A DNA stretch of 63,549 nt, counting the filler, from Hausera hauseri (lineage: Eukaryota): the NCBI GenBank assembly GCA_046269625.1. It is 11 parts of 11 records of this genome, joined end to end, with 100 filler letters (N's around TTAATTAATTAA, not from the genome) between each part and the next. Parts side by side here need not be neighbours in the genome. Positions count along the whole stretch, not along the records: positions 1 to 5,001 come from JBJURY010365150.1; positions 5,102 to 10,049 come from JBJURY010382591.1; positions 10,150 to 15,430 come from JBJURY010291725.1; 8 more parts are not named here. One strand, given 5' to 3'. Each line of letters opens with the position of its first letter. Positions within the stretch are counted from its first letter, which is position 1. This document shows positions 1-12,892 of the stretch, one piece after another. The notes under the pieces were generated by a model that was not told the DNA's origin, did no database searches, and was given only the letters and a program-made list of their open reading frames with translations. The translations under genes and the position numbers were made by a program.

Positions 1-3000
1 GTAAAATTTTTCTTTGAAGCATTGTTCGTTAATGTCGATAATAAAACGACACAACGGGCATTCAAAACCATGAATAAGCCAGTGGTTAAAAGAATTGACT
101 TACAGGGCTTCATTTATGGGGAATTTCAAAAATTAATCAATAAAGCTGGAGAAAGCAAAATGAAGAAAAACTGATGTACGCTATCTGCAATCCGACAGCT
201 GAGTATTCGAACAAGTATTCCTTAATAGANNNNNNNNNNTTCCTCTTATATTCCGGTACCTGACTGGGTCAAACATACAAAGTCATGTATAAATGTGCAA
301 AACTTTCGGGACACATTTTGCTTCAAGTATGCGGTCTTAACGAAACTACAGGTGGATCAATGCGTCATAAATTAGCACCGGGTTCAGAAATATGATAATT
401 TAGAGTAACACTATGATTTCAACTACATACAGTATCCACCGAGTTGGCATGGCATCAGGAAATTTGAGACGATCAATGATATCTCTATCAACGTTTTGCG
501 ATAGATGAATTAAAGAGCGTAACTCGTGAAGGTGTGTATTGAAAAAAAAGATGATAATAGGAACCTTCTCATACTCAGCACCGAAGATGGAAATGAAGAA
601 TGAAGCCATTTCGTGTATATACGCAGCACTGAGCAATAGGTTTGCTCCAAAATGACGCGAAATGGGCACCATATATTCATTTAAAAAAGGTGACTCATTC
701 ATTTTAATGACAAGAAGAAAATGGAGCAACACAAAATCTACTAGATCCAAAAAGATGTTTCGAGTTGGATTTCCTGAAGACACGGTTGAGTTTAAGGAAT
801 ACGAGAAGGCAATTCGCGTTCTTGTCATTGTGTACTGAGATTTCGAGTCAATTCTCTGACCAGTTCACACATGTAATCCGCAGAATGACAAGTCCAGTAT
901 GGCAATTATTCACACACATGAAGTAATGACTTTTTGTATGTTGGACAAAGGATTCCGGGTTGAAGAACCATACATATACAGGGTGGTCCGTTTAAATTGG
1001 AAATTTTGGAATTGGAGATATGTCGTTATAGTACTCATTAACAAAGGACAGGTTCAATCCGATTTATTACCCAGACATTCAACTGTTCATTGGAAATAAG
1101 GATGACTCAAAATGATTACCATCTGCCTTGATCACGATTTCGATTATCAATCGGAAACGGTTGCAGGCATTGATGAAGTGTTGTCGGTCGATATTGGCGC
1201 ACAAATTGACAATAGCAGCGCGCAACGAGTCAACACTGTTGTGTGCAAGCTTGTTAGACTCCGGCGGGATTACGCCCCAGCAGTAATAATCGAGGGGATT
1301 CAAATCTGGTGAGGACGGTAGCCAAAACTCCTTTGACCAGAACATATTCAGGTTTTCGTCACACCAGTTCTGGACGATTCGAATGTTGTGGGCTGCCTCG
1401 CTATCTTGCTGAAAGACATACGGCTTGCTAGAAGTTATCTGGTTGATCCACGCATGTACCACTGTCTGCAGGACTTCCAGGTACACCTGACTGGCGTTGT
1501 CTGGCCCTTGTCAAAGAAGCGAGGCACCATGACATCACCTGTGCTAAAAACAACCAGCAGCATGTGTACGGACGCTGGATTCTTGCTTGTCATGATGATG
1601 GGCACATCTTCGGGATCTTGTGCCAGCCAGCGTTAATTTATGAGATCGAGGGAAGTGTCGACGGTGAAGATTTCGTCACTGAAGAGGCGCAGACGGCTGG
1701 ATGCCTTATGCTTCAGTGTTGAAAGCAGCAAGTTGCACTTGGCCAGTCGCTTCGCTTTCATCGGCTCCGTTAGCCGTTATCACACCTTCAGCACGTAGGA
1801 GAGGAATAGCAGATCATCTCGGATGGCGTTGATGATAGCCTGATACCCAACGTTCAGCTGAGCAGCCAAAGTTTGCATCGAAGTGATCGGATCGGCACCG
1901 ACCAGCTCTTGCAACTGCTTGATAAAGTCCGTTGTGCGCTTTCGGCACTCGGATCGATCGTGCTTCTAGCGGAGAGATGTTGCCGATCCATCTTATTCCT
2001 CTTCGGAAGCTCTGAAATTGGCTGCAACCCGATAGACCGTCGATTTGGGAATCTTCGTGAATCCGATGATTTCATTGGGCGTGCGGCCCGCACGAAGGCA
2101 GGTGCTGATAGTGGTACGTCGCTCTTCTTCAACCGACATTTTAAATTTTGATTCTACAATTGTACATAACACAGCATGCCGCAAATATACGTACAGTATG
2201 AAGATTCATACTTTTATAATTAGGGAAAAGTGCGAGTTTCAAATCAGTCCCAATTTAAACGGACTAACCTGTACAGAGGTCCAGATGCAGAATGGGTTTT
2301 AATAAGAAGGTTGGCGCAATTTTCTAAGGACGTTGAAGATATGCCAGACAGATTGATGGACCGATTAACAGAAGAAAGTGAGCAGTATACGAACGCAACA
2401 GAATGTTGTCTATGTAGAAAACCGTTTACCGTAAAGAACCAAAAAGTCCGAAACCACTGTCATTTCACCGGTAAATATCGAGATGCAACATGCAACAACT
2501 GCAACCTCCATTGCAAACGAGTCAAATTCATTCCAGTAGTATTCCATAATCTGTCTATACACGACTCACATTTTTACTCTCGAATTGGATGAGTCTCCCG
2601 GATAAAAAACAGTTATACCACATAACCCAGAGAGGTATATAACATTTCCTAAACACGTGGGAAAACGAATGCAACTCCGATTCATCGACAGCTACAAATT
2701 CATTGGTATCAGTCTCGATGAACTTAGTATAAACCTACCGGAAGATGGATTTTCGAAAAGAAGACATTTTACAAATAGCCGGTTGTTCAATCTGGACAAG
2801 TGAAAAGGTGTATTCCCGTATGACTACATTACGGGATGGGATAAGTCAGACAAAATATTACTGCCAGCTAAGAAATACTTTTGCAGTTTATTATACCATC
2901 AGATATTTCAGATGAGGACTACGAACATGCACAAACGGTGTGGCGTGAATTCAATTGCCGGAACCTCGGTGAGTACAGTGACGTGTGCCTGGCGAATGAG

Positions 3001-4468
3001 GTACTGTTGCTCACTGATATATTCAAGAGATTCTGAGCTGTCACCATGGACTCACGCAAAGTAGATCCAGCACATTATTTCACCACTCTCGGGATGTCTT
3101 GAAATGCAATGTTGAAACATACCAAGGTACAATTGAAGATAATCAAAGACTTTAACATAATTCTCATACTGAAAAATTGGATTAGTGGTAGACTGTGTCA
3201 AGTAGTGCATCGATATGCTGAGGCCAACAATAAGCATATGGGTGAGAAGTACGATGAAAATAAAGGGTCACGGTACGTCACATATCTGAAAGCTAACAAT
3301 CTCTACGGATGGGCCATGTCCCACTATCTTCCGTATGGAGACTTCAGATGGACGGAATAAGTCGGCAATATGGATACGGACATAATAGAAATCAGTTCAA
3401 CATCCTCCACAGGGTATATATTTGAAGTGCATATTGAGTACTCTGAGAACTACATGACCAGCTTCCATTTCTGTCGGAATCAGTTAAGGCACCGAGCTGC
3501 AAAAGTGAAAAACTAAAAAACTGATTCCACATCTCGGTAATCGACAACATTACGTTGTATACTATCGACTACTTCAATAGGCCATTCAACATGGGCTGAG
3601 AGTCACTGAAATCAGAAGGACGTTTCAGTTCAGTCAATACCTGAAACCTTGCATTCAATTTAATATGGAGCTCCGGACATGTGTTGGGAACGATTTTGAG
3701 AAGGACCAGTACAGGTTTTACAACGGTGCCGTGTTCGGGAAGACGATGGAAAATATACGGAACCAGCAAAATATCGAACTGGTTACCGAGTGGAAACGAG
3801 CGAGAAAACTCATTAGTAAACCAACATTTCGAAATTTAGAAATCTACACGAAAAACCTGGTAAGTATTGATTTAGAAAAAGGCCGGTTGGAATTCAGTAA
3901 GCCAATATGTTGGATTGTGTATTTTGGATTTGAGCAAAATACTCATGTACGACTTCCACTATAACAATGCTGCCTAGGTTTGACTTGGAAAATCTGCAAT
4001 TACTGTACATGGATACAAGCTCACTCATATATGGCATAAAAACGAGGGATATTTTTGTGGATTTCATGGCGATGGCAGAAAACATAGATACGAGTGATTA
4101 TCTAGCAAATCATCCGATTCACTCATTAGTCAACAAAAAGTACTGGGAAAGTTTAAAGACGAGGTGAACGGCTCAATAATTACACTATTCGTGGGCCTCA
4201 AGCCAAAAATACAAGCGTAGGATGTTGGTGATATTCAAAGAAACGGGTAAAACGTATCCAGTGGACGGTGGTACGAAATCAGTTAACGATGGATGACTAT
4301 ATTAAGACACTACATGATGATCAGGTGAAAATTAATACATTGCGTTCAATCAGATCCCGTTCACATTGTGACGACTGTACAGCTGCAGAAAATCAGGTTG
4401 TATAATAGGGATGACAAACGTGTGATTCAAGAATATTGTATTGAGACGCGTGCTCACAGACTGTAATT
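1..4468 (+). pseudogene. Polinton/Maverick-like protein-primed DNA polymerase B, decayed and interrupted by a Tc1/mariner element at 979-2271
   Basis: Ordered motifs across frames: KSCINVQN...CFKYAV, DFES (exo I), YRGPDA (rejoined across the insertion), CCLC...VRNHCHFTGKYRDATCNNCNL, IPVVFHNL, RFIDSYKF, KGVFPYDY, ANNLYGWAMS, FGKTMENIR, YMDTSS (DTDS-like), KFKDE, DDKR. Many stops and frameshifts. Confidence 0.9.
979..2271 (-). mobile_element. Full-length Tc1/mariner DNA transposon, maT/DD37D family, transposase decayed
   Basis: TIRs CAGGGTGGTCCGTTTAAATTGG (979) and CCAATTTAAACGGACTAACCTG (to 2271). TA duplication at 977-978 and 2272-2273. Minus-strand transposase runs from ATG 2139 (HTH-like STVYRV) through FSDE to FQQD-x37-D (SSPDLNPLDY). 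Confidence 0.93.
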
Positions 4469-4666
4469 AGTGCAAAAAGTGATAAAAAATAAATTGTGTA
4501 ATACTGTTTTCTTTTTTATATCCTGTTAGTGATTTTAATAATGTGTTTCTGTGTTAATTAAAAAATTTATATATATGGCGTCTTGTTTTATTAACAGTAA
4601 TTTCATCTAATTATGTAAACCATATAAATTTTCAATATAAACAAGCAAGTGTAACATTTTTTATTA

Positions 4667-5001
4667 ATGGACTGTATTCAAAATAATTCAGTTATACAAG
4701 TAGTTGATCTGAGTGTAAGTGGGAAAACTCATTTCATATGTAAACTGTGGCAGATGCCTGGATTGTTGAAATCAAAAGTCAGGCATGTGTATTGGCAAGA
4801 AGGTGAGGGTGGTGAATTAGGGAAAACACCATGAAATATGCAAATTGAAAAATATTACTATCATCAATGGATTTGACTACAATTGGTGTAGTAGATTACA
4901 AAAATGAGATGTAATTAATATGGATGATCTGTTTCAAGAAGCCAATAAAGAGGCGGAATTTTATAATTTACAAAAATTGTTCGACTTCGTGAGGTAACCG
5001 T
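4667..5001 (+). pseudogene. Polinton-type (A32/FtsK-like) packaging ATPase remnant
   Basis: MDCIQNNSVIQVVDLSVSGKTHFICKL contains a degenerate Walker A. MDDLFQEA near 4920 resembles Walker B. It lies directly downstream of pPolB and is cut by the contig end. Confidence 0.6.
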
Positions 5002-5101
5002 NNNNNNNNNNNNNNNNNNNNNNNNNNNNNNNNNNNNNNNNNNNNTTAATTAATTAANNNNNNNNNNNNNNNNNNNNNNNNNNNNNNNNNNNNNNNNNNN
5101 N
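5002..5101. other. Artificial contig spacer N44-TTAATTAATTAA-N44; also at 10050, 15431, 20313, 26850, 31686, 36548, 40992, 49892, 59489
   Basis: The same 100-nt unit occurs 10 times, and the 12-mer has stop codons in all six frames. Confidence 0.99.
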
Positions 5102-6734
5102 CATTTAAGAGTATTGGTGCCTGATCATTGCCCCTTTCGTCTTACCAATTTGTAGATTTTAGGTACGTAGGCTAAGGCGCATGGTGGTATTTTTAGAGAT
5201 GTCAGTAACTACAAGTCCCCGACTTCAAAGAGCAGAGAAACAAATGACATATAGTATTGGTCTGGACATTTTCGTTACAGGAGACAGAAGCCGGCGGAAC
5301 AGGGTTGTGAATTTCATAGAAAGTTAAGATTAGGGGTGAGAATTTCTCTGAAAACGTGTCGCCAGACTTATAGAGCTAGCAACAGCGGAAGAAAAAAATT
5401 CCAAATATAAACTTTTCAAAGTTGTAAGACTTTTATATTTAAACAAATAAGAACTTAAAATACTCTTGTGATTGGCCAGGTTGGTGGGCAATCGGTGTGC
5501 TTAGACAAATGTACTGGAATCGAATCTGGTATTCACGTATCCCAGTTCACCAAGCTGTAAATGTGTGCCAAAGTTATTTTTTCCCACAGATTAAAGGTGG
5601 CCAGACGTGGTGCTTCCCACCTCAGTTATTCATGTTTACTTTAATTACAAGGACGTATAGTCATAACGCTATACCTATACGTTCAGCAAGGTATTATTCT
5701 GGTTTGTTTTGTTTTCAAATACCCACTTTAAAGAATGAAAATAAAATGGCCAGTTTTGTTTCAAGAGAAATAAATAAGATGTCTACAAAAGGACTGCCAT
5801 AATCAGTACTGCAAGTATACGTTTATAAACAATTAAGTGGAACTGGATTTCACATGACGTTTTGGTATAAATACATTGATTGCATGTGCTGACATTATGA
5901 ACCGAACAATTTTAAAAAGCTGCAGTTGTATATTGAATATGTGCGTTACACTGAAAGCCTGGCAATTGCACAAAAAGGGCGGTCTATATTCACTTACAGA
6001 ACCTCTGAGGAAGATGAAAGTGTCCTGACACAATCGAATGCCAGGCTTAATGAAGCATTGTACAACAAGCATGCTGCAGTAGAATTCAATGGCCTCGTAA
6101 TCAAGGCGAAGCAGCTGCTGTTCGTGACCTGGTGAATGCTTTCTGGCACTGGCTGTGAAAACCAGCACGAGCCACCGGCACTCAGGAGATGGATTCCATT
6201 TTCTGTATTTGTTTGCGCGTGGCAGAGAGAAACACATTTATCACATCATATATGTGTGCCGCGCCAATATCCGGATTAGTTATACAGGACAAATAACTCT
6301 TGTCATATCTAATTTGGGGGTATAAAGAGCAGTTTTATCTTTTCTTTCAGTATTCATTTCATTTCCTGTTTTGTATCTGAATTTTATTTTGTCAAATATT
6401 GTTTAATGTAAACATTTAAAGGTTTGTTTCTTTACTACGTGTTCGTTTGGTATCACCATCATCAGGTGCACTGCCGACTGCCGCTGACGATCATGTCTCT
6501 CCACAACACCCAGCTTTTGTGTTTCATTTCAAACTTTTTGTCCGTGTTTTTCTATCAAATTTGTGTTGCCAGGCCAAAAAATCCAACTGAAACATTTTGT
6601 ATAATATGCATTTATTTATCGATACTATCCTGACGCAGCCACATATTCCTTGACAAACCGTATTGTTCCATTGCCAGTTCTTCGGCTGCCGGAAATGATC
6701 TACTATAGTGTAAGATTGGTAAACATTCACATGG

Positions 6735-7000
6735 TGACCAAGAGAAACGCTTTAAGGCAAGGCCTCACCAACAGACTTTGACATACATTCTGATTCATAG
6801 GAAACAGCAGCGCAAGACAGATCTGCACGGCCAACATCTCTTCGAAAGACTGCAACAGCATCTGAGGTATCTAGAAAAGCAAAACCAGCAGCTGGCTAGA
6901 AAAGACCATGAATTGTAATCTGCGCCTGGACGGATCATTCCCAGTTCGCGTGGCCCTCGCACGCGACTGACTCATTAATCACGGGTACACTCAGACAAGT
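6735..7000 (+). mobile_element. RTE-clade LINE 3' fragment
   Basis: Broken translation QEKRFK...ETAAQDRSA resembles RTE C-terminal KRxKD...WExxAxDRxxWR. Heavily decayed. Confidence 0.45.
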
Positions 7001-7804
7001 AAGTCAGTTTAATATACATTCTTACCTGGAGACGGAGGTTCTGTATGGTCGGCGACCTTTAGTCGGTCCTGATACACAGTGCCAAGGCTGACGAATTATT
7101 AGTCAGCCAGGATTTTCTGTCCATGTCCAAGTCGTGTCTAGTGGTAGGGAAACCTGCCAATTAGCAGGCGGATGCTCGGGATGGTCCATGATTGAGAGGT
7201 GGATCACCTCTAGCAAGTAAAGCATTGCACTGTCGTCTTGATGACCTATTTCAACCTCCAAGACATCACCGGGACAGAAGAAAAACTCAGACACCCTCTT
7301 GCATAGTCCTTCTGTGGACTATAACAGTTCTTCTCAGGGCTCATCCAAAACAGCTGATGTTTGGAGATGTGAACAACGAACAACAACAAGAACAACAACA
7401 TATTCTGAAATGGGTGAATAGATGATGTCCTCATCACCTATAAGGAGCGAACAACACACATATTACGTATGTATGCATTACAGTAGGTATGTAGCACACA
7501 CGTGAATTGACATAAATTACTCAAAACAGCAGTCATATTTTGCAAACCCTGACACGTTTGGCAATCAATAACAAATTATTTAGAGAAGATAAATGAATGA
7601 AAAACTAAAAATGGAAATAAAAATCAGAGCACCAACAATTCCAGTTGTCGTATTTTAACACATAAGCCTCTTGAGAACTGATTTCATTTTCTGTTTCGTA
7701 CACAATTAAATTTAAAAAAAAAATAGAAACAGGCCGAAGTTAGACCCAGCAAAAAAATCACGAACTGTCTCTGGAGCAATCATGGGATGGATTGTTTTGT
7801 GTCC

Positions 7805-9083
7805 AAGTTATAAGAATAGGCGCAAAGAATGTGAGAACGCTAGATGAGGGGAAAACTCCAGGTAATCAGCAAAGAAATGACAAGAACAAACACAGACATA
7901 CTAGGAATTGTTGAACACAGATGGGCTGGAAATGGCCATTTTACAACTAAAACTGTAGAAAAATGTATGTGTTCAGAAAAAGAAAAAGGTGGACAAGGAG
8001 GAGTTGGTTTCATCCTAGCAAAGAAATTGCAGTCATCAATCTTAGGGTAGGACTCAATAAACGATAGGATAATAACAATTAGATTCAAGAGGAAGGAAAG
8101 AAACATTACAGTCATACACATATGCGCACCAACATCTGCAACAATGGCCAGGACATCGAGGAATTTTACAGCAAACTGCAAAAAACTCACAACAAAGTAA
8201 AAACAAGAGACATCATAATTATAATGGGAGATTTCAATGCAAGACTCGGTATTGAAATAGCAAGGTTAGAGAAAAAAGTGCGAGGATCACTCGGTATGTG
8301 ACGCAGAAACGAAAGAGACGAAATGCTCATTGAATTATGCTTAGCAAATAACTTAGAAAACGTCACACATACTTTTCAAAGAACACCCCAGAAGGCAGTA
8401 TATATGGACCTCACCAGGTGGCAATACCAGGAACGAAATAGACTTCATTCTAATGTAACAATGATTGAGGTCAAGTGTAACAGTCACAAAGACATTACCA
8501 GTAGCAGCCTGCGACTCAGATCATGAGCTGCTGAGAGCACATGTCAATGTAAAGTTCAAAAGAATCGTTAGCTACTCAGGCAAGAGACGTCCTCATTTCA
8601 ACAGCACAATATATGTTACCAAAAAAAAAATCAAAAGAAACAGAACTACATCACAAATAAAACACTGAGCCTCACAGAAGAAAGAAGGCAATTAAAGCGT
8701 GAAGGGGCAAAACTGAACGGTGAAAACTATATAAATTATATTAGAAAAATCAGAAGAGAAATCAAGAAAGACAACAACAACAACAACAACAACAAAACAG
8801 TATATAACAAATGTTTGCAACAGAAGATCTTCAAAAACAAAGAGATATGTTCAGAGAAATTAAAGCACTAACTAGGGAATTCAAATCACAACTACAAGTA
8901 ACAGATGACAACGAAGGAAACACACTAACAGAAAAGGTGCTCCAAGAACTGAACATCACGAACAACTGGCTCATCAACAGTATCATGTCTGGAAAACTGA
9001 AATATTTTGACCACGTTAAACGTCATGATCACCTAGAGAAAATAGTAATGGAAGGTATTGTTCCTGGCACAAGGGGCAAATGA
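7805..9083 (+). mobile_element. RTE-clade LINE: AP endonuclease plus C-terminus, with the RT core deleted
   Basis: IGAKNVRTL, DILGIVEHRW, GGVGFIL, DRIITIRF, ICAPT, IMGDFNARLG, WTSPGGNTRNEIDFIL, SDHELL. It then jumps near 8930 to KLKYFDHVKRHDHLEKIVMEGIVPGTRG. Confidence 0.88.
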
Positions 9084-9849
9084 AATGAAATGAATCTTTA
9101 TTGAACCAGGGTTGAGAAATAGGCACTTAGCCTTTTTACATTTCTACCTTAGACAATAAACATAACAATTCAAATGAATATTATACGAGTAAAATAAACA
9201 TTGAAATTAAGTAATCAGCACACAAGTACCAGTCAAAGGTTAATTTCACGATATTCGGATCTTTGCCGCCAGAATTCAAATTCTGTTGTTGACATTGGCC
9301 TTGGCTGTCTCGTATCACGAGCAGCCCCATTTATGATTTCTGTACTCCTATGCGCAAAACGTTAAACGTTGCTAGTCTTTTGCTTTGCTACTCAAATTTC
9401 AATCACTCATAGCACCACAGTGTGGGCAGTTTAAACATGCATGTTGCTATGAATATTAAATGCCCCCAGTGTCTCACTATTGGTTTTTCTTCGCTGTGCA
9501 TGATGTCCTCCGCACTCCTGGGCAAGATGTACGAACAATGTGACAGGAAGGCAGAGTGTAATGCAGGCCCTGGGTGCCCAGTTCTTACCCATTTAATGTT
9601 AATTTGATTTAATGTGTGAAGCATTTGACTTTGAAAACTATTATTTTCTTTCCAGTCGATTTGTTTAGCGTCCTTGTGTTGTCGGTAGAAGTATGTACGT
9701 TCTGAGCAATATTAATTGCATTTCTTTTTATTCAAGCAAACATCAAAAACATAAACAGTACAAAATACAGTCAACAGATGAACTTTAAAAAGTAATGCAA
9801 TCGGAAATTTTATTAACGATAATGATTGATTTTGAACATTAAAAAAGAA

Positions 9850-9901
9850 AATTGTTCGGGGGTGCATAGGGCCCTTTGCACCCCCTCTGGGTACGCCAGT
9901 G
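9850..9901 (-). repeat. Probable terminal end of a non-autonomous DNA transposon (CACTGGCGTACCCAG... type)
   Basis: GC-rich island with internal palindrome GGGGTGCA...TGCACCCC in an AT-rich background. The partner end was not found. Confidence 0.35.
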
Positions 9902-12069
9902 CACCCCCATGTTGTTGATTCCTTGCAACGGCTACTCACAGCTGCATGTTTTTATTTATGACCCCCTTTTCAGGATCCATAGAAATCGCCGGTCAGGGTC
10001 ACTCGTTGAAAAAGGATCTCATAAAATATCTGCGCGTGAAATGGACAGCNNNNNNNNNNNNNNNNNNNNNNNNNNNNNNNNNNNNNNNNNNNNTTAATTA
10101 ATTAANNNNNNNNNNNNNNNNNNNNNNNNNNNNNNNNNNNNNNNNNNNNATTGGGGATCTCGAACGATCCTTGCGTTTTCGTCTCAATGATGGGCTACGG
10201 CCTCTATTCTTGGTAATTTTAAGTATTAGTGGTTCCAGAAATTCTTCTTTTCCGGCGGCCTCTGCCTCTTTGGTTACCCTTTTTATAGTATACTCGGGTT
10301 CTACATCTAAATCCACCTTATCCGGAGTCTCAGGTTTTTCTGTTTCGACTAACTCTTTGTTTATCGTGGGAATGTTCTTCTTCCGTGACATATCAATAAT
10401 TCCTGGAGGGGCAATGGAATGTTCATACTCCGTTTCCGGTTCACACAAGCCATGGTAAACTTCAATAATCGCAATTTGTGTTCATACTCGTTTCGGGCCA
10501 CTAACACTTTGGGGTCCTTAGTATCGGGCTGGGCCTATAAGAAGCCTCGTAAATCTTGTATCTCGATGATCATGCCCGTGTCTCTACGGACACCGTAAAT
10601 TGCTTCTAAATTTTCGTTTTTAATTACATTAGTTTTACTAGGTTCAACAAATGAAACGCTTCGCGGGTTTCGACAGAATCTCGCTGTGTCCTTCTTGTCC
10701 GCATGTATAACAAATTAAGTTGCCATTTCTTCCGATTTTTTGTAGGCCATCTTCGTTTAACGGAGGTTTCGGTCTACTCGGATTTCTATTGTAGCCGTGC
10801 TGCGACGGGGCCTGCCCAGGATCTTCATATTGGCGATTATCGTAATTTCGGCTGTCATTCTGTCGATTAAAATTTTTGGGGCCATATAGGCGTTTATCCG
10901 TATGATAATTTGATTTACTAGGAAAACTATTTCGACTATTATCAAAATTCGGATTGTTGTATCGATCGTTTCTGCGTTCATAATTGCTCCTCTTGTTCCG
11001 ATCCCCGTAATTCCTGTTAAATCATCTATCATTTCTACTATTCCGATTTCTATCGCTTCGGTCACTTTGATCATTATTTCTATCATTCATGTCGTTGTTT
11101 CTGGTATGTCGGTCCAATGCCATTTCAATGTCCTATCAAAATTCTCCGGGCGTGCTAGAATCAGTTGCTTTACTACGTCTTTAGACCAAATACCATTTAT
11201 TAACTGCGTCATCATCACGACGTCCAAATCTGGAGGACTTGCCTTCTCTGCGGCTTCACGTTCTCCTTCGTTTTTAGCCTTGGCTATGTTTGCTATCCTT
11301 AAGGTGCTTACGTAACTGTTGGCCAATTTCTTTAAGGCAAAAGCGAATTGGGTTATCGATTCACCCTTTTGTTTTACTCTATTCTGAAAAGCCATGAGTT
11401 TTTGTTGCGGAGTTACAGTCCGCAATAGTTTTCGGTTCAGTGCTCCTACCAGGGAGGACCAAGATTTCTTTTCATCGTCGGTGAGCTCACTATAGGCATC
11501 GGCGGCCAGGTTCTTCAAATATAACGAAAAACGTTTAATCATCACGTTAGCTGCTAGTCCAGCACCTTATGCATGCAATTTATATGTCCTTAAAAATTCA
11601 TTAAGTCCGTCCGGGTCTCCGTCCAACTTCTGTAATACTGCTTGATTTTCAACCATATTCTCAACGTCTATTAGATTTTGTTTAACTATCTTACGAGTTC
11701 TAATTCTCTAACCTTAAATTCAATAAGCTGTTCAACAGCGTTTAAGTCGATGGGCTCAGTATTGGTTAAGTTTGTTTCAGATAAAGTGCGTCTACTCAAC
11801 GTCTTATCTTGTCGATATACTTTATTACGTGTTTCGCGAAAATTTATATTCTCCTTACCGTTTAAAATCAGATTTAAACTATCGTCAGACATATGTCTAT
11901 CAATATTCGTTCTTGATTCAATAGTATGCCGTTATAATACTGAGGGTTTTCTTTTTAAAATCCCAAATTTTAGTCTCGCAAAAATCTATAATCAATTATT
12001 CTGTGTTAGAGCTGATCGCTAATGTGTCGTTACTTTTTCACTGAAAGTCAAGTCTAGCAAGTACAAACC

Positions 12070-12087
12070 GTCCTGCTAGGGTCGCCA
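12070..12087 (-). promoter_or_regulatory. Primer-binding site, tRNA-Arg type
   Basis: TGGCGACCCTAGCAGGAC, 18 nt, complementary to a tRNA-Arg-like 3' end GTCCTG-NNN-GGGTCG-CCA. Confidence 0.75.
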
Positions 12088-12089
12088 AA

Positions 12090-12892
12090 TGTTAATAGTT
12101 GAAGGTGGGCCCTATTCAACACCCAACTATAACAATTATGAAACTCAAACTTAAATAGTAATTATAAGCAGATAAGTCCTAACGTTCTCGTTAGAATGTT
12201 TGAATTAAGTTTAATTGTGTGTACTGCGTGCGGTACCTTGTGTAGTTTACAAATTCCCAACTTAATTATGAAGTTTAATACGAGTTTAATTTTTAATGTG
12301 GTGCAAGTCCCTCGTAAGGAGTGACGAAAAACTATGAGATTTTAGAATTACGACAATTTATTAACAAAACAATAACAATACCGTTATCACTATCGAAGAT
12401 TCACAGTTCAAATTCAAATGTCTTTGCTATCAATCGAATCGACCTTCTTTAATATGCAACGTTGAATTTCGTCTAATCGTACTGACTGAATAAAACACTA
12501 CGAACTGTACACTAATCCATTGGTTTATATAGCAGTTCCAGGTACATTATTTACAACACTTTTCTCGATTTATACATAAATTTTTCTGATTTAAATTGAA
12601 TTATTCGTCTATGTACATAATTTCAATGAATTTTCACATAACAGATTGTTATTCACTCATTTGATATTATCAGAATTTCCGCAGACTAAGTAGATAATTA
12701 TAAGTGTTTATAATTGATCGACTGATTAACGTTTCGTTTTCAGTTTCGATTTGCGGTTTCATATTTACAATTGACAATTCGGTTCGACCTTTTTACAACA
12801 GAAATAACTCCTCACAGACTTGATTGATATAATTTATCGTTCTTATTCATGTTCCAACAATTGTGTGTAATATATATTTAGATGCTACAACA
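12090..12892 (-). repeat. Putative 5' LTR, about 800 bp
   Basis: Minus strand reads TGTT...AACA and ends 2 nt before the PBS. TATATAAA near 12530 and AATAAA near 12360 on the minus strand. The outer boundary is inferred because no second LTR is present. Confidence 0.55.

Larger units (their letters stand above)
10150..12892 (-). mobile_element. LTR retrotransposon 5' part (LTR, tRNA-Arg PBS, decayed gag); same family as 59589-63549
   Basis: Gag capsid-like LYLKNLAADAY...WSSLVGAL...QKGESITQFAFAL and zinc knuckle CYTCGQEGH. Colinear similarity to contig 11 (PPDLDV, ARPENF, EPETxYEH, EPLILKITKNRGRSPS). Confidence 0.85.

Noticed and set aside
5780-6300. Possible coding exon or ORF cluster
   Set aside because: Short ORFs with internal stops and no recognisable motif.
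7013-7262. Functional U1 snRNA gene
   Set aside because: No Sm site or stem-loop IV, a mutated 70K loop, and a displaced 5' end. CTTACCTG may simply be a minus-strand splice donor.
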